A stretch of 64,000 nt of DNA, taken from positions 55,180,001-55,244,000 of the forward strand of contig NC_043012.1 of NCBI RefSeq assembly GCF_006345805.1. Reading direction: 5' to 3'. The notes under the pieces were generated by a model, which worked only from the letters and a program-made list of their open reading frames with translations, was not told the DNA's origin and ran no database searches. The DNA comes from Octopus sinensis (lineage: Eukaryota). The translations under genes and the position numbers were made by a program. Shown one piece after another: positions 51,917 through 62,790 of the stretch. The first letter of the stretch is position 1, and each line of letters starts with the position of its first letter.

Positions 51917-52435
51917 TCATTTAACGTCCGCTTTCCATGCTAGCATGGGTTGGATGATTTGATTGAGGGCTGGCGAACCAGATGGCTGCACCAGGCTCCA
52001 ATCTTGATCTGGCAGAGTTTCTACAGCTTGATGCCCTTCCTAACGCCAACCACTCCGAGAGTGTAGAGGGTTCTTTTACGTGCCACCGGCATGGGGGCCA
52101 GTCAGGCGGTACTGGCAAGGACCTCGCTCGAATGTTTTTACACGTGCCACCAGCACAAGTGCCAGTAAGGCGACGCTGGTAACGATCACGCTCGAATGAG
52201 GCCTTTTACGTGCCACCGGCACGGAAGCCAGTTCGCTGCTCTAGCAACGATCACGCTCGGATGGTTCTCTTAGCACCCTACTAGCATGGGGCACAAGTGC
52301 CAGTAAGGCGACGCTGGTAATGATCACACTTGAATGGTGCCTTTTATGTGCCACTGGCATGGAAGCTGGTTAGCTGCTCTGTCAACAATCACACTCATAT
52401 GGTGCTCTTTGTACCCCGCGAGCACGGATGCCAGT
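51917..52435 (-). mobile_element. Family B element (LINE-3'UTR-derived, (GAT)n tail) with about six tandem 60-70-nt units
   Basis: Core GGAAGGGCATCCAGC...CCATGCTAGCATGG shared with copies at ~17000-17240, 35520-35662, 47090-47460, 53868-54175, 56022-56296, 62365-62572, 62928-63180 and 63522-63700. Confidence 0.85.
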
Positions 52436-52477
52436 TATTGAATTTGATTTTGATTTGATATATATATATATATGTGT

Positions 52478-52770
52478 GTGTGGATGTGCAGTGGCCCAGT
52501 GGTTAGGGCAGTGGACTTGCGGTCGTAGGATTCCCAGACCGGGCGTTGTGAGTGTTTATGGAGCGAAAACACCTAAAGCTTGAGGAGGCTCCGGCAGCGG
52601 GTGGTGGTGATCCCTGCTGTACTCTTTCACTGCAACTTTTTCTCACTCTTTCTTCTGATGGCTTGCTTGCTTAGCCAGCAGGGTGACGTCATTTGAAGGT
52701 TAAAACAATGTGAAGCGTATTGTGATCAGTGGTGTAGCAACATCTGATAGCCTGGTCGGACACGTGATAT
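52478..52770 (+). mobile_element. SINE family D (tRNA-like head GCAGTGGCCCAGTGGTTAGGGC)
   Basis: A-box-like head and a unique body; single copy in the window. Confidence 0.55.
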
Positions 52771-53191
52771 ATATATCTTGACAACTGGTGTTGGTGTATT
52801 TACATCCTCATAACTTAGCTGTTTGGCAAAAGAGACTGATAGAATGACAACCAGGCTCTTCAAGAAAGTAAATACTGGGGTTAATAAGTTTGACTAAAAT
52901 GCTTCAAGGTGGTGCCCCAGCATGGCCAGAATCTAATGAGTGAAGCAAGCAAAACAATTTAAGGGCAAAGGCTAATAATCATTCTATACTGGAGATAAAA
53001 ACCATTAGCAATTATGTTTCAGGTAAAGGGTTTAATGTTGGATTAAAATTAGGAGTGCAATGACAGGCTGTAAAATATAGGATTGGGTTCTAGGATTTTG
53101 GGAAAAACCACAGTAAAGGGATCCAAACACAAAAAGAAAAAGAAAGGACACCCTTTGGAAAGTAGTTTTGAAGCAATAATGAGTAGCTTAC

Positions 53192-53393
53192 TTTATTTAG
53201 AGTTCGGACAGCAGCAAACCGAAGAGTAGGTTTAGGAGAACTGCAGAACAATTGCAATACAGAGACAGCAGGTGCAAGTTCCTTTGCTGGTGTTGTCTTC
53301 ATATTAACAATAGCATGAGCAGCTTCATATATAACCATTTCACTTTTGTGGCGAAGACAACTTTCAATGAATTCAAACAGCTGGCTTTCAGCA
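53192..53393 (-). CDS. COPG: gamma-COP exon (202 nt; [25 protein letters not shown]...[11 protein letters not shown])
   Basis: Seen in ORF 53090..53413. ttttcAG / GTaagc, phase 2-0. Confidence 0.97.
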
Positions 53394-53520
53394 CTGAAAA
53401 GAAAAAAACCCAATGATAATGATAATAATGATGATAATAATAAACAACCTTGTCAGGACTTGTGCCTTGGTGGTAACTTTCTAGATGCAATCCCATGGTC
53501 ATTCATGACCGAAGGGGGTC

Positions 53521-53562
<42 letters not shown>

Positions 53563-54827
53563 ATATATGTTGATGATATATGCATATATGTATATATTTA
53601 AGTTCCGTTTAGGTTTTAACCTTTGAGTTTGCTTTATTTAGCCCATCCACGGGTACTGGCTATCAGATACAAGTATAAAAGACTGATGCAATGTATTGTT
53701 ACACATTATATAAGAACAATAATATAACAATATGCTTCTGGTAAAATGATGAAACAATTGTTAAATTATGTAATAAAGCAAATTGTTTGTTTCATTCTTC
53801 TTGTTTAAATCAATTTTGTCTTCTGAAATCGATTTATACATAGAAAAGTATCAGGAATATCAATAATATGTGGCATGTAAAAAGCACCATCCAATCGTGG
53901 CTGTTGCCAGCCTCACCTGGCCTCTGTGCCGGTGGCACATAAAAAGCATCATCCAATTGTGGCCGTTTGCCAGCCTCGTCTGGCACCTATGCCGGTGGCA
54001 TGTAAAAAGCACCCACTACACTTATGGAGTGGTTGGCATTAGGAAGGGCATCCAGCCGTAGAAACATTGCCAGATCAGACTGGGTCTGGTGCAGCCTTCT
54101 GGCTTCCCAGACCCCAGTTGAACCGTCCAACCCATGCCAGCATGGAAAGTGGACGCTAAACGATGATGATGATGTTTGTTTTTTTTTTTCGTTCTGTTCA
54201 ACTATATACATATATATTTCTCTTACAAGAAACAGAAAAGAGCCTTCAGATCCCTCAGAGTTACTGCCCTTCAAGATGAGCTGGAAGACCATGTCTCATT
54301 AGTATATTTCCTTTGGCATAATTCTTACAGCTTGATACCATTCCTAACATCAACCACTTGTAATGGATGTACCGGGTCTATCTTATCATGGCACTAGTAC
54401 TGGAAAGGCTGTCATGTCCTCAGCGACATTAGAGAATCCTCTTTATGTTGTTTCTGTTTGTTTACCAATAATTTTACATATGATTTTAACTCTTTAGCAT
54501 TTAAATCACTTTCAAATCTATTGCATATTTCTTCACATTGCTTTGAATAAATCATGCATTATCTTGTAGCTTCAAGATTTCAATGGTGTGTTTGTATATT
54601 TTTAGAATGACATTGTAGGGTAAGTGTGAAAAGCTAGATCTGGTCAGTTTTAACATGAAACAAGTAGAATATTTGTGCCAGATATGGCCGGATTGAATAC
54701 AAAAGGGTTAAGAAGAGAATTATTCTGTAATTAAATGAATAGGTTTAGCTGACCTTGTTACAAAGTATTATATAAAGTAGGAATTTATTTAATGAAAATT
54801 TTAATTAAAAGCGACAGATTTACTCAC

Positions 54828-54868
54828 CCACATTCTTCTTCTTCAATTAATTTGCTGGCAATACGAAT
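54828..54868 (-). CDS. COPG: gamma-COP small exon (41 nt; IRIASKLIEEEECG)
   Basis: Fills the gap between flanking exons in frame. ttacAG / GTgagt, phase 0-2. Confidence 0.92.
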
Positions 54869-55180
54869 CTGTAACCAAACAATAATGATGTTAAAAAAGT
54901 CAATGTTTAAGATACATAATCATTACCCCAACAATGTTGCTATGTAATTATTATGCAAGTATTTAAACATAACAATTCAAATAATTCAGTCATATTTTTT
55001 CTATTTGTAGCCAAAAAAAGAAGTTATAGAAAAATTTAAATCAGGGCAGGATGGAAAAAAAATTTAAATTTTATTAGAAAAAAACTCATTGAAAAATCCC
55101 AAATGACATGGAACATAAACTGAAGCTGTAAATATATTAAGTGGGGAGGAGAGAGAGAAAAAATAGTTAATCCTTCTTAC

Positions 55181-55297
55181 CAACAAACAATGTGCATATG
55201 GGGATCGTAGAGAATGTTTGCTAAATTTGCTGACCAGTTTAGTAACAGCCAATTTATCATTCTTCCGAATGTGATACAATAATCCCAGTGCATGGTA
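55181..55297 (-). CDS. COPG: gamma-COP exon (117 nt; [39 protein letters not shown])
   Basis: Seen in ORF 55064..55279. tttcAG / GTaaga, phase 0-0. Confidence 0.95.
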
Positions 55298-56323
55298 CTG
55301 AAATATAAAAAAATAGATATCAATATATCAACATTGTGATTTACTATTTACAAAGGTTACATGTTTTCAAAAAGGCTGAAGAAAAAACAAACAAAGAAAC
55401 GAATATTTTAAAGAAATAATAAATTTTGTTTTATAATAAAACTAATCTGGATTGACAAAGATATAAGCTGTGGGTTTATTTATGATTTAAATATTCAGAT
55501 TTTTGAGGTTATTATAAAAGGTTTACAACAACTAAAAGTTTGAGTACTAAACTGTCAATAAGACATCTACTGTTTGAGAAATGGTAACAGAATGGTAGAC
55601 TTTGACAAAGAAAGATTATTCTCTCTTCTCCCAAACTAGGTGGAACATGTGGAAGACCCACATGCAGGATGGGCTTCTTTCAGTTTCCATCTACCAAATC
55701 CACTCACAAGGCACTGGTTGGCCTGGGGCTATAGTAAAAGACACTTGCCCAATTTGCTGTGCAGTGAGACTGAACCCAAGACCATAAGGGAGGAAAGCAA
55801 GCTTCTTAACCACACAGCCATGCAGTATATCTCAACATAAATATGGTAACAAAAGGGTGAGTCTATTACTCCAACTTCATTGAAAGAACTGAAACCAGCC
55901 CCAAAATATGATCAGAACAAGATGGTGCATCATCACTGTTAAGTAAGGCACCTCACCTGCACCACGTAAACCTCACAGAAAGAAATATAGCTGATTCATA
56001 AATATAATAACATTATGAAAGTGTTGCCAGCCTCGCCTGGCCCCCGTACCGGTGGCACGTAAAAGCACCATCCGTTCGTGGCCGCTTGCCAGCTCCGTCT
56101 GGCAACTGTGCGGGTGGCACGTAAAAAGCACCCACTACGCTCACGGAGTGGTTGGCGTTAGGAAGGGCATCCAGCCGTAGAAACACTGCCAGATCTGACT
56201 GGGCCTGATGCAGCCTTCCGGCTTCACAGACCCCAGTTGAACCGTCCAACCCATGCTAGCATGGAAAACAGACGCTAAATGATGATGATGATGATGAATG
56301 CAATATTGAAACAAGGCACCTAC

Positions 56324-56410
56324 CTGCACCATAACATTGTCACTGTTTACTGCTTCCTGTGCCTCGTTTATCCATCTTTTTACAATTTCTTGGTTGCCTT
56401 TACATAAATG
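56324..56410 (-). CDS. COPG: gamma-COP exon (87 nt; [29 protein letters not shown])
   Basis: Matches the VKRW.NEAQEA..SDN.MVQ motif. tctttcAG / GTaggt, phase 0-0. Confidence 0.95.
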
Positions 56411-56627
56411 CTGAAAGAGAATATCAAGATATAAATATGAATTTTAATACATGTGAGTTTAATATATGTTTTATGTGTGTGTGTGGATCTGTGTTTATTT
56501 TTATCAATGTAAAAAAAAACAGGGGAAGTGTAAGAAAAGAGGCAACTTGATAATTTGATAAATAGAGATCAATAAAAAATATCAGGATGAAATAAGGACC
56601 AGGATCAACAAAACTGAAGATAAAATA

Positions 56628-56997
56628 AAACAAGAGCACTCAGAGAGTGCAAACCTTCACCAAGGCAACACCAATGTCCTCTCAACGATTAGCCAGGGAT
56701 GATTTTTAAAATGAAAATATGTATGTATTATACTCGACTGCTGTCACAAACGAGAATACTAAAAATGAACCAGGCCACTCTCAAAAATGAAGTAAAAAAA
56801 ATCAAGAAAAATAATCCAGAATCCTTGTCCGGTACCGGATCGATCCAAAATCTAATCAGTTCGTTCCATTCACGAGGCCAAACATCCCTCAAAGTTTCAT
56901 CTGAATCCATCCAACTGTTCTTGAGATATCTTGTCCATGGACAAACAAACAAACACAACTGAAAACAATACCTCCGCCTTCGCTAAGGTGGAAGTAA
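56628..56997 (+). mobile_element. Helentron/HINE-like non-autonomous element
   Basis: Starts AACAAGAG.., carries a (CAAA)n microsatellite and a 3' hairpin TACCTCCGCC-TTCGCTAA-GGTGGAAGTA. The family assignment is inference. Confidence 0.5.
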
Positions 56998-57001
56998 TAA
57001 A

Positions 57002-57040
<39 letters not shown>

Positions 57041-57122
57041 AAAGGTGTGCTTCAGAATGGCTGCAGTCCAATGACTGAAACCAGTATAAAAAAAGTAAAA
57101 GAAGACAAGAGCATCAACTCAC

Positions 57123-57215
57123 CAAAGATGAAGTCAAAGCAGCACTGGACACTGAGTGAACCTTGTCTACAATGGCTTGCTTCATATAACGCTCAATAGC
57201 TTGCAACATACTGCC
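57123..57215 (-). CDS. COPG: gamma-COP exon (93 nt; [31 protein letters not shown])
   Basis: Seen in ORF 57114..57296; [16 protein letters not shown] is a hallmark of gamma-COP. aacAG / GTgagt. Confidence 0.96.
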
Positions 57216-57595
57216 CTGTTTAGGAAAGAGAAGAAAAAAAGTTGGGTTTAGAAGCATCAGAATTGTTGCAGCATGGAATAAACTACTTGTGTCCATTGTC
57301 AGCTGTCATGACACTGCATCCTTCAAAAATTTCATGCTTCCTGAAATTTGGCAACCTTACTCTTGAATTACCTATGCACTCTTATTTTTTATAACTCTTT
57401 TAATGTTCACTTTTCCAGTTTTTCTCTATTTTTGTGTTTTAATCTATGTACTGTGCATGTACATCTAGCTTGCATTGTGGCCTTTCTTTACTTGACTTAT
57501 ATCTCTGTTCTCTGTCCCCGTCTATTAAACTTTTCTGATGGGTTATAGTGCACCTGAGTACTGTATACAATATGCTCGTTATATGTGTACAAGTT

Positions 57596-57847
57596 GTGGA
57601 GGCGCGTGGCTTAGTGGTTAGGATGTCAGCATCATGATCGTAAGATTGTGGTTTCGATTCCTGGACCGGGCGACACGTGTTCTTGAGCAAAACACTTCAT
57701 TTCACGTTGCTCCAGTCCACTCAGCTGGCAACATGAGTAACGCTGCGATGGACTGGCGTCCCGTCCAGCTGGGGAACACATAAGCCATTGAAACTGGGAA
57801 ACTGGTCCCATAAGCCTGGTTAGGCTTTAAAAGGGCACATTTATTTA
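57596..57847 (+). mobile_element. SINE family C, copy 1
   Basis: GGAGGCGCGTGGCTTAGTGGTTAGG A-box, GGTTTCGATTCC B-box, ...AAAAGGGCACATTTATTT tail. Confidence 0.88.
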
Positions 57848-58179
57848 TTTATATGTATACAAAATGTGATGGGTAAATTGTTGCCATTTTATATTTTTCA
57901 TCTCGTACATGATATCTATCTCTTACAGGATGGAGTACCTTCTTTGTTGATCTTATCTGTAACAGAATAGTAAACTGTATACACACACACACACATAAAG
58001 TTGTAAGGTTGCTGCTCAGACTGTCCATAACAGATGACAAAAAGTCATTGATAATATCCACAACTTTCATTGTAAACACTTTTGTTTGACCCTGTTTTTG
58101 AATGCAAAGACAACAACAAAAAAACAAAAAAGACAATACATATAAACAGCAAATGGCAAAAGAAGTTTGTTGAACTTAC

Positions 58180-58255
58180 ATCAGTGATGGAACAGAGTGC
58201 TCTAATGGCTGGTCCTCGGAACTGGTCTTCTCGTCCTGTCATGTCTTTCATTAAA
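58180..58255 (-). CDS. COPG: gamma-COP exon (76 nt; [26 protein letters not shown])
   Basis: Seen in ORF 58045..58317. aacAG / GTaagt, phase 2-0. Confidence 0.95.
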
Positions 58256-58815
58256 CTGTTTAATGATGATAAAAAAATTATCAATATCGTTATTAGACGA
58301 GACACAGATAATTCCAATTACAGCAAGGAGTGAGAAGAAGAATTAATCAGATGAAAATGCAGCTTAGAAAATATACACTCATATCTTTCATCTTTTACTT
58401 GCTTCAGTCATGAGACTGCAGCCCATGCCGGGGCACAGTCATGAAGGGCTTTAGTTGAACTAATCAACCCCAGAACCTATTACTTTTCTTTAAGCCTGGT
58501 ACTTATTCAATCAGTCTCTTTTGCCAAACCACTAAGTTACAGGGACATAAACATACCAACAGCAGTTGTCAAGCAGTGAGTTGGGGGACAAACATGGACA
58601 CAAAGACACATACACATACGTATATAGGATGGGCTTCTTTCATTTCTGTCTACCAAATCCACTCACAAGGCCTTTGCTTGGTCCAAGGCTATAGTAGAAG
58701 ACACTTGCACAAGGTGCCACATAGTAGGACTGAACCCAGGAATCATGTGATTGGTAAGCAAGCTTCTTACCACAGTCACGCCTGTGCATATATATATATA
58801 TATATATATAATAAA

Positions 58816-59059
58816 AATAAATGTGCCCTTTTAAAGCCTAGCCAGGCTCATGGGGCCCGGTTTCAATGGCGTATATGTTCCCCAGCTGGACGGGACACCA
58901 GTCCATCGCAGCGTTACTCATGTTTGCCAGCTGAGTGGACTGGAGCAACGTGAAATGAAGTGTTTTGCTCAAGAACACAACGCATCGCCCGGTCCAGGAA
59001 TCGAAACCACAATCTCACGATCATGATACTGACATCCTAACCACTAAGCCAAGTGCCTC

Positions 59060-59063
<4 letters not shown>
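58816..59063 (-). mobile_element. SINE family C, copy 2 (inverted relative to copy 1)
   Basis: Full-length reverse complement of 57596-57847, about 90% identical by eye. Confidence 0.88.
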
Positions 59064-59093
<30 letters not shown>

Positions 59094-59916
59094 CATATAT
59101 ATATATATATACATATGTATACATACTACATGTAGATGTGTAATATAGATACATATATATTTATGTGCATCCAATAATACTATACTTGTTCCACCTCCTC
59201 GCGTTGTTATGTTTTCTCTTTGTGTTTGCATGTTTGGATTAACTATATATGTTACTTTAAATTAAAACTTAAACGAGAATGCAATTTCATAAGCAAAGTT
59301 GTCAGAGTGATTTTGTATGAAGTTGATATTTAAACTGTTCCCAATAGAGCTAGGAATGAAATGAAAAATGTCAGCTTCAAGCAACTTCTTTTGCATGTGT
59401 TTGCTTGCAAGGTTGGCAGCAACTCAGCAAGGCAGACAAAAAATATCTGTCCTGTTCATTCATAGGCTCAGGTGTGGTTGTGTAGTAAGAAGTTTGCTTC
59501 CCAACCACACAGTCCTGGGTTCAGTTCTACTGTGTGGTGGCACCTTGGACAAGAGTCTTTGGTACATGGAAACTGAAAAGAAACCTATCGTATATATATA
59601 TATGTGTGCCTTTGTATTTGTCCCTGCCCACCTTGACAACAGGTGTGGGTGTGTTTACATCCCTCTAACTTAGTGGTTCAGCAAAGGTGTTTGACAGAAT
59701 AAGTATCAGGCTTAAAAATAAAATAAGTACTGGGGTCGATTAGTTTGACTAAAATTCCTCAAGGTGGTGCCCCAGCATGGTCACAGACTAACAACTGCAA
59801 CAAGTAAGAGATGAAAAAATTTTTTATCCAAAAGCAAACGTGGAAGATGGAAGTGAGGCACACTGGTTGGTGTGGGTGCAGTGTATTAAGATGCAAATTA
59901 TATCCCTGGAACTTAC

Positions 59917-59996
59917 CTGCTGGTAACTATGATAACATCATCAGCAATGCTGGACATTTCTTTAATGCCAAGGTAAACCAATCTACGAACTGTCAT
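59917..59996 (-). CDS. COPG: gamma-COP exon (80 nt; MTVRRLVYLGIKEMSSIADDVIIVTS)
   Basis: Matches the YL.IKEMS.IA.DVIIVTSS motif. ttcAG / GTaagt, phase 0-2. Confidence 0.95.
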
Positions 59997-60404
59997 CTGA
60001 AGAACAAAAAATATTATTGAGTAATAATAAATGTTTTCTTTCTACTCACTAACAATAACTGGAAATATTTTAATTGGATTAACCTTATCCTTTAGTATCT
60101 TCATTAACTGGATTATTATCCTTGATATATTTCTTAAAAACAGAATGTCAAAAGAATAATTCAGAGTTGGTTTGTTCTATATTAATACTATTATTATTAT
60201 TGAAGGCAGCAAGCTGGTGTAATCGTTGGTGTGTCAGGAAAAATGCATAATGGCATTTTTATCTTTTTTTTTTGTTCTGAGTTCAAATTCTATTGAGGTT
60301 CACTTAGCCTTTTCTCCTTTCAATAAGTATAAGTACTAGGGTCAATGTAATCAACTTTCCTCCTCCTCTTAAAAGCAGCTGGCTATGTGCCAAAATTTGA
60401 AACC

Positions 60405-60965
60405 ATTATTATTATTATTATTGAGTGAGAGGAGTGCATGCCATCAAAGTGACACTGGAGTAAAATATATGAAGCCCAGTATACCCAACATGACTACCCG
60501 TCTGATAAGCACATGCATCAAAAACCATATGTGCGCAACATGGTGATCTCATATCAAGATACACAGCACATGACCTTGCAAGTGAAACCCAGTTAGAATT
60601 TTCTTCTGGCCAAGTAGCTCATCCTGCTCAAAAGGTCCCTGAATAAGGGTTAAGGATGTTGAACGAACCACCCATGTTTCCAAAGGTGAATTATCTAAAC
60701 CTCCAAGAATTCCTTTCAACACATGGCTACGATGCTCCCCCACTACTCCAGCTCATGATCAGAGATGCACATATCGTCTGCCACTAAGGGACATGCTCAA
60801 CTGGTTAAGGTCAAACAACTGACAAGCAAATCTGTGGTATTGAGCAGAATATTTGCTGAAGCCCATCTTTTATACCAAGACAAAACAATGTACATGATAA
60901 CACTTCCAATCAGTTAAGATCAGCAGTCACGAGAGCCACTGCCTAGTACTGCATCAGGGCATTCA
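60405..60965 (-). repeat. Probable ~550-bp interspersed retroposon with (AAT)n tail
   Basis: GC-richer non-coding block ending in an (AAT)n run on the minus strand. Only one copy in the window, so repeat status is not shown directly. Confidence 0.4.
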
Positions 60966-62718
60966 TTATTACAGCTGCTGCTGCTGATGATGAGAATAGA
61001 AAGCTAGGAGAATCATTAGCAAAACCGATAAAATGCTTAGTGGCATTTCATGTCTTTACGTTCTAAATTCAACTCCCACCAAGGTGGACTTATCTTTTCA
61101 GGATTGGGATTGATGAAATAAGTACCAGTTGAGCATTGGGGGTTAATTGATTTACACACTTATCTCAAAATTGCTGGCCTTGTGTCAAAATTAGAAGAAA
61201 AGTGAAATGGAAACAAAAATTATTATTATTTCTTTAAATGGCAAAACCAGAAGAGGAAGTGCTGTATCCATGATCCTTTTAAGGGTCATAATGACTAATG
61301 GGAAGACCCTAACCCTTAGACAGGAGACTTGGTCTGAATGTTGTAAATTCTAAGGACCACATGGTGGTGGTGTTAAACTGATTGATGGATTAACTCTACT
61401 CCAACACCATTAGCATCCTCAAACAATTCTAGCAAAAATAATGAAGAATAAAGAATTTTCCAGCTTAGTAACAATCCCCTCCACTGGGATCCCTAAGTTA
61501 CTCCTTGAAATCCCTAAATATTCCCCAGTTAAGAACTGTAGCTCTAGAATGATCCAAGTTGAAAAATTTATTACATGAAATCTGATAGAATGTGATGCCT
61601 TTTCTCTTCAAATATATATATATATATATATATCTGGCTGGTTAACCATGTACCTCCTCAACAGCAAGACACCTGTTTCTGTCACTCTGTCACACTCAAA
61701 CCTTTCATCATCTGACACAAGATCACCTCCTCCAATTCCCTCTCCCCTCTCAAAAATTCTTTGTTTTGCAAGTTACTTGTTGACCCTACTGGTGCTGGTG
61801 CCATGTGAAAAAGCATACAGTCTACACTGTAAAGTGGTTGGCATTTGGAAGGGCATCCAGCTGTAAAAACCATGCCAAAACTGACCTCACCTGTGCTGGT
61901 GCCCTGTAAAAAGCACTCAGTCCACTCTGCTGGGTGGTTGGTGTTAGGAAGGGCATCCAACTGTAAAACCCATGCCAAAATACAGACGTATGGTGCAGTC
62001 TTCTGCCTAGCCAGCTACTGAAGGTGCATGGCTTAGTGGTTAGGGTGTTGTGTTCACGACTGAAAGATCATGGTTTCGATTCTCAGACTGGTCACTGAGT
62101 TATGTTCTTGAGCAAAGCACTTCATTTCACGTTGCTCTGCAATCATTTCGTTATCTGACATGTAGCACATGGTGCACCTGTACAGGTAAAGTCCATTCGA
62201 TGGAGGGAGCGTCCTATGTGAACACAAACATTCGATCACTATAACCAAATCATCTGTGTGGTTGTACAGCAAGAACTTGCCAAACCCCCATATATCATCT
62301 AACAATGGGAGAGTCCATAATATGAGAAAAGGCTGAAAGATGATAATTCATAAATTCACACTAGTATCATCATCATCATCGTTTAGCGTCCGTTTTCCAT
62401 GCTAGCATGGGTTGGACGGTTCTACTGGGGTCTGTGAAGCCAGAAGGCTTCATCAGGCCCAGTCAAATCTGGCAGTGTTTCTACGGCTGGATGCCCCTCC
62501 TAACGCCAACCACTCCGTGAGTGTAGTGGGTGCTTTTTACGTGCCACCCGCACAGGTGCCAGACAGAGCTGGCATCTGTGTCTATTTATCTATTTATCAT
62601 TTATCTATTTATCATTTATCTATTTATCATTTATCTATTTATCATTTTCTTAGTGTCAGAAAAAATTACTGAAATGGAGCATGTTGAAAGAAGGCTAAAT
62701 AAAAAGCTAAAAACTTAC

Positions 62719-62790
62719 ATCTTTTGACTGGAATAGCTTTGTCATGGCAAAAAAAGCTTCCGTTGCCTCAGTCCGGCCAAAATTTTCTCC
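62719..62790 (-). CDS. COPG: Coatomer subunit gamma, first exon visible in window (72 nt; GENFGRTEATEAFFAMTKLFQSKD)
   Basis: Manual translation matches the gamma-COP motif TEATEAFFAMTKLFQS. Acceptor ttttaacAG, donor GTaagt, phase 0-0. Upstream exons are outside the window. Confidence 0.95.

Noticed and set aside
52071-52435. Regularly spaced palindromic repeats resembling a CRISPR array
   Set aside because: The inter-repeat segments are homologous to one another, there are no cas genes, and the context is a eukaryotic retroelement.
57596-57670. tRNA-like sequences with A and B boxes (also heads of families A, D, E, F)
   Set aside because: No complete cloverleaf, and each continues into a SINE body. 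They are SINE heads, not tRNA genes.
50793-58255. Apparent substitutions relative to human gamma-COP (SLMKD, VDKVHS, TDLNRS)
   Set aside because: As I recall, these positions vary among eukaryotic gamma-COPs. Without an alignment I cannot claim they are unusual.
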